Assembly: GCA_964016885.1 (NCBI GenBank)
Contig: OZ024741.1
Span: 37,696,001 to 37,760,000 of the forward strand
Direction: 5' to 3'
Source of the DNA: Eledone cirrhosa
Taxonomy: Eukaryota
DNA length: 64,000 nucleotides
Part shown: in pieces, positions 39,177 to 51,965 of the stretch
How the letters are laid out: each line of letters begins with the position of its first letter
Numbering within the stretch: position 1 is the stretch's first letter
Notes under the pieces: generated by a model
Database searches by the model: none
Seen by the model: the letters and a program-made list of their open reading frames with translations, nothing else
What the model was told of the DNA's origin: nothing
Position numbers and translations under genes: made by a program

Positions 39177-41830
39177 TTCAGCAATCTGAGGTCTGTTCTC
39201 ACCACCTCTGCCCATGTTTTTCGTGGCCTACCTCTACCACGTCTTCCTTCAACTGGCATTTCCTGGCACTTCTTCACCCATCGGTCATCCTCCATGTGCA
39301 TCACATGTCCATACCACCGCAGTCTCCTCTCTCGCACACTACATTCTATCAACATATCCATGCCGGGTCGTTCACGCACATTGAAATTGCACATCCAACG
39401 GAGCATGCTTGCCTCATTTCTCTCTAGCCGTCGCATATCCTCTGCAGTTGTTGCCCATGTCTCACTACCATGCAGCATCGCGCTCCTCACACAGGCATCA
39501 TATAACCGGCCTTTCATACGCAGGGAGAAACCCTTCTTCGTCAGCAGAGGAAGCAGCTCCCTAAACTTCTTCCAGCCCATCCTTATTCTAGATACTATGG
39601 CCTCGGAACACCCCCCTCCCATGCTAATCTGATCTCCTAGGTACCGGAATCTATCCACAACTTCTATAGCACCCGCCTGCATTTGAAAAATGTGTCTATC
39701 AATGCGACTTCTACTGTCTAATTTCCCTGTACATCTACTGCATACGTATTTCTCCCTACCTGTTAGTTTGCCTGCTATCCCTCTACATCTCTCGTGTACC
39801 CAGGATCTGCATTGTGTGCATTTTATAGAATTTATGCCAGTTCCTTTTCTGCATATCGAACATGGCCATTTCCCTGATGGAATTAGAGTTTTGTCCTCTT
39901 TTCTACTCATCAACACTTTTTTCTTAGCTAGGTTCACTCTCAGTCCTCTTGCTTCCAACTGCTGTTTCCATAGCCAGAATTTATTCTCTAGCTCCTCTAA
40001 TGATTCTTCTATAAGAACCAGATCGTCAGCATAGAGAAGTTCCTAAGGACAGCCAGTCTTAAACTCCTCTGTTATGGCTTGGAGGACTATAATGAACAAG
40101 AGCAGGCTGAGGACTGAACCTTGATGTACTCCTACTTGTATCTGGAATTCCTCATTAAACTCCATTCCCACCCTCACTTTACTGACAGCACCTCTGTACA
40201 AAGTTTGCACTGTCCTCACAATCCATTCCTCAACACCTAGTTTCCTTAGGGACCACTAGGTGACAGATCGGGGTACCCTATCAAAGGCCTTCTCTAGGTT
40301 AACAAAGGCTAAGTATAGTGGCTTATTCTTCTCTGAGAACCTCTCTTGTAATTGTCTCACCAAGAAGAGGGCATCTGTTGTACTTTTCCCAGGCACAAAA
40401 CCAAACTGCATCTCATCTAGTTTCACCCTTTCTCTAATTAGTTGTCCTAAAATCCTTTCTGCCACTTTCATAACCTGATCCATCAGCTTTATGCCCCTAT
40501 AATTGCTCCTCTCCAGAGCATCCCCTTTACCTTTGTAGCAATTTATGAGAATACTGCTGCACCAGTCTTTGGGTATGACACCACCATATATAGCCTGATT
40601 GATGATGTGTGCAACCAGTTTAGTGCCTATGTCCCCTGATGCCTTCAGCATCTCAGCAACTATCCCCGACAGTCCAGCAGCCTTACCATTTTTCATTTCC
40701 TTAATCGCCTCTTGGACCCTATATTCGTCAATATCAATAGCTGGTCCCTCTGTCGGATCTACTGAAGGTAATTTCTCTCTCTCCCATTCTTTCTGCACAT
40801 TCATCAGTCTTTCATAATGACATTTCCAGGCCTCCTTTTTCTGATCATTCGTGACACTAAGTACACCGGCATCATTCCGGACACATTTATCTCCAGCAAC
40901 ATCCTGATTTGCATTGACACACTGCCTTGCAATGTGGAACACTGCACGTCTCTGATCTTCCCGTCGCAGAACATTGGCAAATCTCCTACTCTCAGCCTCC
41001 CTGCCTGCTAAGTACACCTGACGTCTAGCTTCTTTCTTAGTGGCTGTATATCCTTCTCTACTCCCACCCTTTTTCCAAGCCTTCCATGCTAGTCTTTTGT
41101 CTCTAATGGCCTTATCTACTGTGCTGTTCCACCACCAGGTCACTCTCTGTCTGGTTGGAGCTCTGCTCCAGCCACAAGTTTCATCAGTAGCCTGCAGTAA
41201 GTTATCACGTAAGAAATTCCAGTTATTATCTATGTCATACGTCTCTAAATCGTCTTCTTTTTCGTCATACACATCTTGAAGGGCTTTCCTAAATTTGTAT
41301 TTTAGTGAAAGGTCTTTTAGCTTCCACACCTTCCTGTATGTCTCATTCCATCTCTTGCTTACTGAGATATCACTAACGACTAACCTGTGCTGAGGGGTAC
41401 ATTCTTCCCCAGGGTATGCCTTGGTATTTGACACCATCTGTCTGTCCCGCTGCCTAACTAGTAAGAAGTCAATCTGCCTTATGTGCTCGCCTGATTTGTA
41501 GGTTATTAGGTGGTTGGCAGGTTTCTGGAAGTTAGTGTTGCAAATAGTCAGTGTACTTGCATCACAAAATTCAAGAAGTCTCCTTAATTTCTTGAACCAT
41601 AACCATGCTCACCATGTACCCCAGTGTAACCATCCTGGAGCTGTCCAACATGACCATTGAAGTCCCCTACTAGCATAACGATGTCTCCATCCTCTGTCAT
41701 TGCGGTTGTTTGTAAAAGTTGCTCTTAAAAGCAGTCTTTCTCTTCTTTGCCTAGGCCTGCTTGGGGAGCATAGGCAGAGATGATTGTCAGTAGTCTCCTG
41801 CCTACAACTAATCTAATCTTAATTATTCGA
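39177..41830 (-). mobile_element. RTE-clade LINE, disrupted copy: AP endonuclease, linker, RT, Cys/His finger and C-terminus; 3' tail missing
   Basis: Translates IISAYAPQ, GDFNGHVG, PQHRLVV, NYRGIKL, QFGFVPGKSTTDA, KAFDRV, QGSVLS, YADD and GRPRKTW, with several nonsense changes. The 5' end abuts a (TA)n tract. Confidence 0.95.
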
Positions 41831-42030
41831 TTATTAACTTGATATATGTATATATATATATGTTATATAATATATGTATATATATATTATATAATATGTG
41901 TATATATATATATGTATTATATAATATATGTGTATATATATATATGTATTATATAATATGTATATATATATATTATATGATATATATATATAATGTATAA
42001 TATATTTTATATATATATATATCTTATATA

Positions 42031-42088
<58 letters not shown>

Positions 42089-42375
42089 TATATATACGTT
42101 ATTCCGGGTTGAATCGGAGGTAACCACAGTAAGTAAGGTACTCAATACATAGCAGAGTATAACAGTTATAATATAGATGAGATTCTACAGGACTAGGACT
42201 GTTTCATTCATTAGAAATCATCAGATATATATATATGAACCATCTAAACACTCTCATTTTAGTCTGTTGGATTATGATTAGCTATATATATATATATATA
42301 TATAGCTCTGTTAATATAGAGACAAAAGAGCTTAGTTAGGTTTGAGATCAAATAACATATGCTAGACTCCATTGG

Positions 42376-42410
<35 letters not shown>

Positions 42411-44110
42411 CATACATATATGCATGTGTATACATGTATATACACTTATGTAAAGACACATTCAAGACCCACTATTATTTGATTAAACCAGTAGTGGGGA
42501 TAATATGAAGCTTAATTGTTATTCTGTTAAATCTTCTTCATATAGCTTTCTCAGAAAGAGAGAGAGAGAGGGAGTAGGGTTGGGGGGACAAACAATGAAT
42601 TGTAGAGGATGATGGGAGCAGAGCCAATGATGTTTCAAAGTGAAGGAGGCCAGTTAATCTGAATAAGAATTGTCTCAGACCATAACAGTTTATCCAAGCC
42701 ATGTCAGCATGGAAAATGATGTGTTACCTTGTGGTAAAAAAAATCACCATCCAGCATTTTAAGGTCATTTTCCCTGCAAAATCATGGCTTGGTCTTGTGG
42801 GCCAATAGACCTAATCATACACACCATGGGTTCCTTCTTGAAGCAGTATTTTATGATTAGCTACAGCCGCCTTGTATGACATGCAGCAATAAAATGCTCC
42901 TATTTCAAACCAAGCACATATTCAGATTTTGATTCATTTAATGTCATTTAAAATTAGAGTGGAAGGTTTGTCCATAGGTATGTGTTCCATGATTTTTGGA
43001 AAATTAGGTATGGGTTCCACTGCCAAAAAATGTTTTGAGGACCACTACCATTGAGGAATTGACAATGTACCAGTCAGCAGAGTTACAAAGATCTTGTAGC
43101 AAACAAGCACATGTGGATGTAGAACTATTTTAGTTGCATCTTATAATATGTAGGGTATGGTGTATCTATTCTAAACTGGAGGAATACACACAGCCTCTTT
43201 GAGGTAAAAAAGACTGCCAGAAATACAGTTTTCTAATTTAGGCACAAGGCCAGCATTTTGGGGAGATGAAGAGATAGGTTGATTATATTGACTCCAGAGT
43301 TTGTCTGGTACTTCATTTTATCAGCCTTAGAAGAATGAAAGGCAATGTTGACCTTGGGTAGATTTGAACTCAACATGTAAAAAAAGAACAGAACAAATAC
43401 CACAAAGTATTTTGCCAGCTGCACTAACAATTCTGCCAGTCCAGCACAAAAAAAATGATAGAAACACAATTTTCTTGAGACATCCAGCTTCTCGTTTGTT
43501 GTGTTCTGTATTTTTATCTTTTATCTGGATGTGATGTTAAACATGTCTATGCCTGTTTCATGACAGACACTGCAATTAATCAACTGGGGTGGTGGTATGT
43601 GAAATGTTCTGTGAAAGGTAATCCACCACATCTCTTCTGTTATTTCTATGTAGAAGAGCCTGTAAGTTATCCTTTACTGATAAATCTGGCAGGACTTATA
43701 GAAGGCAGATAGTGTTCAACTGTATAGAATTGTGATGTAATCTTTCATAAAGGCTAGTACAAAAACATACTTACACTCTCATATCTTCATATGCACACAT
43801 CAAAATGGTGCTTGCGTGCTATCAATTCATGTCTGTGTGTGTAAATACATGTCTGTGTCTGTGTGTATGTAGATGATAATGATGGTGATATATATATGTA
43901 TGTGTGTGTGTATGTATGTTTGTATATATATAGAGAGAGAGGGGGTTATATAGAAAAGACTTCTACAGGATCAGAACTATTTCATATTTTCATATGGATA
44001 AAACAGTTCTAGTCCTGTAGAAGCCTTTTCTATATAAACCTCTGTCATCACTCTACATACATATTGAGTACCTTATTTAATGTGGTTACCCCTGACTCAA
44101 CTCAGGAGCA

Positions 44111-44141
<31 letters not shown>

Positions 44142-44271
44142 AGATAATAAGTTATCATTTAAGGTAATCCAGTTAGATGTGAGTACTCTGTACTGTGGAT
44201 AGTTTTAATGTACGGTGTTGTTTGACTCGCGAGTTTACAAGAATACTTATGCAGGTTATTCTTGGAGTAAT

Positions 44272-44600
44272 AATAGTGAAAGAGTGAAGAATAACATGGT
44301 TGGCTGTACAAAAAGGGTTTTATTTACAGTATTAACAATTGTTTCATTGATCAAATAAGTCTAAAGGCCGCTAATCATTAGAAATTATGTCACCCGACCT
44401 TAAATACGGTGGGTGTCTCTGATCAAATCATCGGAATACTGATGATTTGATCAGAGACACCCACCGTATTTAAGGTCGGGTGACATAATTTCTAATGATT
44501 AGCGGCCTTTAGACTTATTTGATCAATGAAACAATTGTTAATACTGTAAATAAAACCCTTTTTGTACAGCCAACCATGTTATTCTACACTTTTTCACTAT
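44272..44600. repeat. Near-perfect ~160-bp-arm palindrome containing hammerhead-like motifs (Penelope-like pLTR remnant)
   Basis: Arms are reverse complements around an 8-nt spacer GGAATACT. The minus strand reads CAGTATT-CCGATGA-TTTGATCA...TGATCAAT-GAAAC-AATT-GTT-AATACTG-TAAATAAA. Confidence 0.85.
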
Positions 44601-44800
44601 ATATAAGGGAGAGAAAGAGAGCGATTTTTGAATTTAATATAGTTTCTACCTTCCAATTTCACTCACATTTCTGTAGTAGAAGATACTTGCCCAAGGTACC
44701 ATGTAGTGGAATAGAGCCTGAAATGACACGGTTGCAAAATGAACTTCTTAACCGCAATTGTGATACTTTTACCTTGTATGTGTGTTTGTGTGTATGCACG

Positions 44801-44835
<35 letters not shown>

Positions 44836-46244
44836 GTGTCTGTGTGTTTGTGTGTATGCACGCACACACATACACATATATATATATGATATGTGTGTGT
44901 GTTTATGTATGTATGTGTGTGTATGGTTGGTTTATCTGATGTCAGGTGTCATGCTTGACATGCAGTGAGAGAGAGAGTGAAAGAGGGATAGAGAGAGACT
45001 ATGGATTGATGGAAATGTATATATACTGACTAAAGTGTCAGGTAAATAGTGAGAGACAAATGAACACACACACACATGCACACCTACACATACACCCCCA
45101 CACATGCACATCCACACATGTGTCATATGCTAAGGAAACTGCAAATATTTGAGGTTTTGTACCAGTTACATTTTCTTTTTACCTTTTCTTTGAATGGTAC
45201 ATACATATATAAAAATATATATTCCCTCTCTCAAATCCCTGTTTTATTTAATACAATATTTGTAGTGTTAAAACGTGAGTTAAATTATAATGATTCATTT
45301 CTATATATTTAGATATCGACCTCAGTAATCAAGTCTGGTACATTGACTATCCATCTTCATTTGTTGAGCCACAAATTTACTAGCCATAAACCACATAAAT
45401 TCTGTCCAGTCTACCACAAGGTTAACAACAAATTACTCGTACAAATACACACACACATATAGTGGGGAATTTAGATTGATTTAATACCAGAGGTACAAAA
45501 GCCAACAATTTTCCAATCTTGTTTCCTATAAACTGCTGAAAAAAATACTATGCTATGTGGGTGGATAATGACAACTAAAACAAAACATTACTTTGTTTTG
45601 TTTTATTTGCCATTCTTTGCCCTTTATGTATTTCTACCATTTTCTGAAATTTATCAGTCATTTATTAGATATATACATACACAGCTGTGTGTGTGTGTAT
45701 GCATGCGTGCACACATACACACACACAGCTGTTCACTGTTACTGAGACCATCCATCTTGTGTTGGCTCTGTTACTTGGAGGATTTTGAAAATGTATTAAG
45801 GAAATAACTGCCGACCTTCTGTTATCTTTGAAATGGTCTGGAAACATTCACTGTTATGTATTTTACATTATAACCTCAGCACCAATGTTGGGAAGATAAA
45901 CAACATTTCACTGTAAGCTTTCATAACTTACCTAACCTTGGTAATATTCTAAATAGCCTTAAAACCTAGTTTCTGGAACAGACATTGTCAACATTTGAGA
46001 TTGATTCAACTCTTAACATTCTGTAATGATTTAACAGAAAATATTTAAAAATATGTTTATTAATTCAAATTTTTGTTGTGCCTTTATAAATAATTTTCGT
46101 TGTACCTTTGTAAATGAATATTTGTGAAAATTTACAGTAAACTAAAGTAAAGATTTGAATTCTTAATGTAATGCAGTCATAGTGGTGTTTTTTACTTTTC
46201 AAGAATGTCTTGTTAAAGCAGTTTATTATGGAAGAAGACATTAA

Positions 46245-46458
46245 CCCTTTAGCATTCAAACTGGCCATATCCAGCCAGAATTCTCTCATCTCTTTCTGTT
46301 CAAACCAGCTGTAACCAGCCATTCATACTGATTTTAAGGTATTGTTGTCAAAATAAATATCAAAATCTGATAGATTCAACATTATGTGAGATAATTATGG
46401 TAAATCCTTTACCATGAAAATACAATAGTATATAGAGAGTAATGTAAATGCCATAGGG
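46245..46458 (-). mobile_element. piggyBac-type MITE family A
   Basis: TTAA|CCCTTTAGCATT...AATGCCATAGGG|TTAA. Confidence 0.85.
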
Positions 46459-47670
46459 TTAAATGAAGTTTCAACTAATCTTCAGCTGCTCTTATTTCTT
46501 TATATCTCGAGAACAATTATTTTTATTGCTGGCTTGTCAAGAGATGGACATGAATGTTTGTGGCCCTGTGGTTAAAGTGCTGCTCATAAATGAATGAACC
46601 TAGGTTCAATTCACAGACCAGGTAGTGTGTTATGTCTTTAACACTTGATATCAACCCTGCCAAAACTGTTTCTACAAAACCACCTATTTTAAGGTGTTTC
46701 TATTTAAAATGAAATCCTCCAACAGATCTGTATTCTAAGTTACTATTTTAGCAATGAAATAATAATTTTTAGTAAATCCGTCAAAATTTTTTCCGTCAAA
46801 TTAATTAATTAATTAAAATAGAGTGTAGTTCATTAGATATGGTCGACTAAATCCCTTCAATCTGGTGTCATAACATGGCTGCAACATGCACGACTGAAAC
46901 CTGTAATACAAAAAGAATACATAATATTTCCAGAGGGTATTTCAAATATTCTGAATAATTTTGGGTTTTGTTTTTGTGTTCACAGGAAGAAGGGTAGCAT
47001 CTATGACAGGTTTCAGGGTCTCTGAGTTTGGTGTGAGAAATGTATCGTCAGACTGGGTACCTGTTTGAAAATTCTTACAACAGAATGGATTTCTTTAAAA
47101 GCTAGGTGTGGACGTTAAACTGGGGAATGAACTATAGATGATATCAGGGAAAGTAAGATTTACAAGTGGACAGAATTTAAAATTAGAGAAGTTGAAATTG
47201 ATTTTGGTGCGTTGATGCAACCAATTTAGATTTGTTGACAGATATGAATTTAATATATGATGATATAATGTTGATAGATCTCTCGCAAATATCATGGTTA
47301 TAAGAGTTATTTTTTTGTTTTTTCTGTTTAGTCAGGGAGGGAAGGTCAGTCCTCGGGACCCTTTTCAGGGCTCTAAGAGTAGTGGGAGGGAGAGGAGATG
47401 ATGATACCCTCAGATGAGAGACCTATTCTGATTACTTACAACAGAGTGAACTCTGCTAAAGGCACCCAAGGTACAGATCAAAGAAGACACTGTCAACAGA
47501 AGAACAAAATAAATGGACAGATAAGGAGTAAAAAATGTGTTTTGCCCAAAAGCTTTTGTTTCTAAGATAAAAGCATGTAAATGCCATTATAAATGTTCAC
47601 ATGGGAAATGTAAGGTGTTTGTTTCACCTGTTTTAGGTGTTTCTGACTGTACTTTTCTTTATTTTTTTAG

Positions 47671-47808
47671 GTATCGGAAAACAGGCAGTATCAACCCTGG
47701 TCAGATTGGTGGCAGTAAACCAAAGGTGACTACACCAGATGTAGTCAACAAGGTGCGGCAATATAAAAACGAAAACCCTCAGATGTTTGCTTGGGAAATC
47801 AGGCAAAA
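47671..47808 (+). CDS. Paxbeta: Pax-beta exon 4, paired domain linker and start of RED subdomain
   Basis: TTTTTAG| acceptor; [46 protein letters not shown]; donor AA|GTAAGT; phase 2 at both ends. Confidence 0.96.
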
Positions 47809-49155
47809 GTAAGTCAATGTCACAATTTTCTTTATCTAGCTATGATGTAATCATCATCATCATTTATGTCTGCTTTTAGCTTTTCATGCTCTCATGGGCT
47901 GAGATGAGATATTTTAAGGCAGATTTTCTACAATCAAGTGTCTTTCCTGATACTAATTCCTACCTTATTTTTTATGTATGTTATACACGCTGCTAATGTT
48001 CATTGAACAATTATGCAAATTCCTTAAAGGAGGGAAGAGTGGGTAGGTGAAGATATAAACAGTGTCACATCTGGGATTTATAAATGGTATCGATATGAAG
48101 TTTTGTTACAAGTGGGACAGCACACACACACACAGCCATGTGTATCTGGTTTAGAATAGGTACATCATATCCTTGCAAGTCATAAGGAAAGGATAAAAGT
48201 GTTGGTGTAAGGAATGGAATCCGATTGTATAATATTACTTCAAAATGTCCCTTCCACCTGATGCCAGCATGGAAAAGATGTTAATGAGATATATAAAAGT
48301 GAGATATATAAAAGTGAGATATATAAAAGTGAGATATATAAAAGTTTTTAAATTTTACTTCCTTTGAGCTTTTACAGTACAATGAAATTGAGTTGTTTTT
48401 ATTTAGATTCATTTTACATGTATACACATATATATACATTATATATATATATATCACACTGTCAATGTGGTTGGCATTTGGAAGGGCATCCAGCCATAGA
48501 AAACCAGCCAGAAACACCCTATATGAGCGAGACACAGTTACCCAACCCAACTTGCCTCTACATGAGACCCGTCTAACCCATGCTAGTGTGGAAGATGGAT
48601 GTTAATCAATGATGATGATGATATATGTATAGTAATAATAATTACGAAGACCAAAATATATATTTATGACACGCATACAAAAACTTGTATGTACACACAC
48701 AAAAAAAAAACTACATAAAAGAAATTCAGATGTGCACTTCCATCAACGATGCACAAACCATGCACACTCATGAAATGCACTCCATTGGTACACACACACA
48801 TAACAACACCCATGACACACCTGAATTCTCCACCTCGATCCCCTCTCATGAAGGCCAAACTACTCGCATATCACCCCGAGCCTTAAAAGAATATTTTTTT
48901 TCTAATCACTGATATTCCAATCTCTTTTTCTCTCCATTTTCTGAAGAAGGATTTATGTCCGATACATCAAACCCTTTTCTACTTTCTCCTAAGCATGAGT
49001 CTAATAAGACTTTGTGTTTGTCTTGTCATTTCTTGAACTATATATATGTATATGTTTATATATTTATATATTTATGTATGTTTATATATTTATTTATATA
49101 TATATATATTTATATCTATATATCTATAAGTATTTATATATATATATATATATAT

Positions 49156-49395
49156 ATAGTGAAAGAGTGAAGAATAACATGGTCAACAGTACAAAAAGGG
49201 TTTTATTTACAGTATTAACATTTGTTTCATTGATTAAGTTGTCTAAAAATTGCTAATCGCTTGAAGTTGGGTCACTCAATTTTAAATACAATGTATGCCT
49301 AATCAAATCATCGGAAAAACTCAGTTTTTCTGATGATTTGATTAGGCATACATTGTATTTAAAATTGAGTGACACAACTTCAAGTGATTAGCAAT
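49156..49395. repeat. Second copy of the hammerhead-bearing palindromic element, embedded in (TA)n
   Basis: Outer arm nearly identical to that of the 44272 copy; ~75-bp inverted arms centred near 49322. Confidence 0.8.
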
Positions 49396-49944
49396 ATATA
49401 TGTATATATATATATATATAAGTATTTATCCCACCCTTGCAAGCAGGGAAAAGCGGACGTAAAATGATGATGATGATATAATGTGTGTGTGTTTATATAT
49501 ATATTTATAGTTAACCAAGGTCATAGGAAGAATATTCACTATATTCTTGGTTACTATATATGTATATATGTATGTGTGTGTGTAATTTTGACTACTTGTT
49601 CTTTGATTAGCTTCTTTCAAGATCTATGTTCAGTATGTAAGTTGGTCTTACCAAATTCTTTGTTTTTATTCTGTATCAAGAACAACATAGTTTGTCATAA
49701 GGAACAGTTTAAATAGACAGGGTTATTTGAGTTCACTTGTAACCTTATAAATAGGACCTTTTATATAATAAATACCTTCAGAATTATAATGTAGATTTCT
49801 GATTGTATGTCAGGCTCTTCTCTTAATTTATCTCTATCCTCCCTCCCCTCTCTCTCTCTCTCTCTCCATCACCAGCTCTATCATCTCTCACATTCTCTCT
49901 ACTATGTCTCTCCCCCCCTCTCTCTCTCTAGCATCTTCCACATT

Positions 49945-50448
49945 CTCTATACCAAGTAGCTCACTCTATTTTTCTCTACCAAGTAGCTCTCCTCTCTCTT
50001 CTCTACCAAGTAGCTCTCCTCTCTCTTCTCTACCAAGTAGCTCTCCTCTCTCTTCCCTACCAAGTAGCTCTCCTCTATCTTCTCTACCAAGTAGCTCTCC
50101 TCTATCTTCTCTACCATGTAGCTCTCCTCTCTCTTCTCTACCAAATTTCTCTCCTCTACCTTCTCTACCAAGTAGCTCTCCTCTCTCTTCCCTACCAAGT
50201 AGCCCTCCTCTATTCTCTACCATGTAGCTCTCCTCTCTCTTCTCTACTAAGTAGCTCTCCTCTACCTTCTCTACCAAGTAGCTCTCCTCTATTTTCTCTT
50301 TCTCTACCAAGTAGCTCTCCTCTACCATCTAACTCTCCTCTCTCTTCTCTACCAAGTAGCTCTCTTCTATCTCCTCTACCAAGTAGCTCTCTTCTATCTC
50401 CTCTACCAAGTAGCTCTCCTCTCTCTCCTCTACCAAGTAGCTCTCCTC
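49945..50448. repeat. ~27-bp pyrimidine-rich minisatellite
   Basis: Unit CTACCAAGTAGCTCTCCTCTCTCTTCT, roughly 18-19 copies. Confidence 0.93.
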
Positions 50449-50535
50449 ATTCTTCCTTTCTGTTTAGCTATTTTGTTGTGTATTCTCTCTTTTCATCATG
50501 AATTTCTTAAGATTGTTTTTCTTGTAGAAGTAAAC

Positions 50536-50893
50536 CACTTTCTGTGTTTTAACTCTTAACTTCCACTTGATATTTGAGGTAATTTATAAATTAGCATATA
50601 CCTATGTTACTTGATGTTGCATATATATATGTGTGTGTATATATATGTATGTGTGTGTATATATGTATGCATATATATAATCATCATCATCATCATCGTT
50701 GTTTAATGTCTATCTTCCACACTAGACGATAAACGATGATGATGATGATTATATATATGCATACATATATATACACATACATACATATATACACACACAT
50801 ATATATATATGCAACATCAAATAACAGGTATATGCTAATTTATAAATTACCTCAAATATCAAGTGGAAGTTAAGAGTTAAAACACAGAAAGTG
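50536..50893. repeat. Foldback inverted duplication (~165-bp arms, ~30-bp spacer)
   Basis: CACTTTCTGTGTTTTAACTC...ATCATCATCG is mirrored by CGATGATGAT...GAGTTAAAACACAGAAAGTG. Confidence 0.9.
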
Positions 50894-50899
50894 ATATAT

Positions 50900-51073
50900 A
50901 TACCTCTTTCTGTTGAAACTGGCTGTAACCGGTCGCTCAAACTGATGTTAAGGTATTGTTTTCAAAATAAATACTCTTATAGATTCGATATTATGTGAGA
51001 TAATTATGCAAGGTAAAGCCTTTACCATGAAAATATAATAGTATATATATAGAGTAATGTGAATACTAAAGGG
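50900..51073 (-). mobile_element. piggyBac-type MITE family A, truncated on the left
   Basis: Internal sequence plus right end TACTAAAGGG|TTAA; the left TIR is replaced by the foldback duplication at 50536-50893. Confidence 0.75.
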
Positions 51074-51835
51074 TTAAAAGTAAACTCCCAATACTAATTG
51101 ACAATATCACTGAAGCTAGTGTTACCTGAGCAGTTTATTTATTTGGCTGAACTGAGAATCTATTTTTGTCCAGTGTATATGGAAGATTTCTCTAGATGCA
51201 TTCATGTGGAAGGTCAAGCCTTTAGCCTGAGGACTGGCTATATAGTTAAGGTTAACTTGTCTCATCTATGTTTGTGTTTGAAAGCTACATACAAGTCAGT
51301 ACTTGATAATGATTTTATTATTCCACAAGCTGGCCCTTATGTTGGAATAACTTAGCTTGGAAAATATGTTGGGATTTTTAACAACATCAGCATAATTGAA
51401 ATGACAGTTGGACAAGAAGAAGACTGTTGCAAGAACAAGTGTTTGGTTTGATGCAACACAAAGAGACAACTGCTGTGAGCCACAAACTGGTAGTAACTGC
51501 AGTGGTGGAGGGGGACGTCCACCACTACTGCTACTACTACTACTACTACTACCACCACCTCCACCAGCACCATCACACCCACTACTACTACTACCTTCAC
51601 CAGCACGTACACAACCACTACTACTACCACCACCTCCACCAGCACCATCACAATCACTACTACTACCACCACCACTACTATATGTTTACCATCACAACTA
51701 CACCACCATTATCACCACTAGTGGTAGAAATATGTGCACATTTTCTCTTAGATTACATTTATTTATTTCCTCTGGAATAGATTATTTCTAAGCATTGTAT
51801 TTTCTAACTTTTGTGTTTTGTTTGTTTCCTAACAG

Positions 51836-51965
51836 ACTTCTTGAAGATCAAGTGTGCACAGAGAAGAATATTCCTAGCATAAGTTCCATAAATCGGATAA
51901 TACGAGACAAAGCCATTCTTCATCGTCGGAGTCTTGATAATTTCTCTCATCTTGGGGAAGAAGAA
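51836..51965 (+). CDS. Paxbeta: Pax-beta exon 5, end of paired domain
   Basis: AACAG| acceptor; LLEDQVCTEKNIPSISSINRIIRDKAILHRRSLDNFSHLGEEE; donor GAA|GTGAGA (phase 0). Confidence 0.95.

Noticed and set aside
49904-50328. PSSSPLSSL / EESYLVEK repeat ORFs
   Set aside because: 27-bp minisatellite.
51352-51791. Poly-His/Tyr, poly-Pro/Leu and poly-Val ORFs
   Set aside because: (CAC)n/(TAC)n trinucleotide repeats without convincing splice signals; intronic.
35700-51965. Assignment to Pax6, Pax2/5/8 or Pax3/7
   Set aside because: The domain reads [15 protein letters not shown] rather than VNQLGGVFVNGRPLP, and no homeodomain or octapeptide is visible; this fits Pax-beta better.
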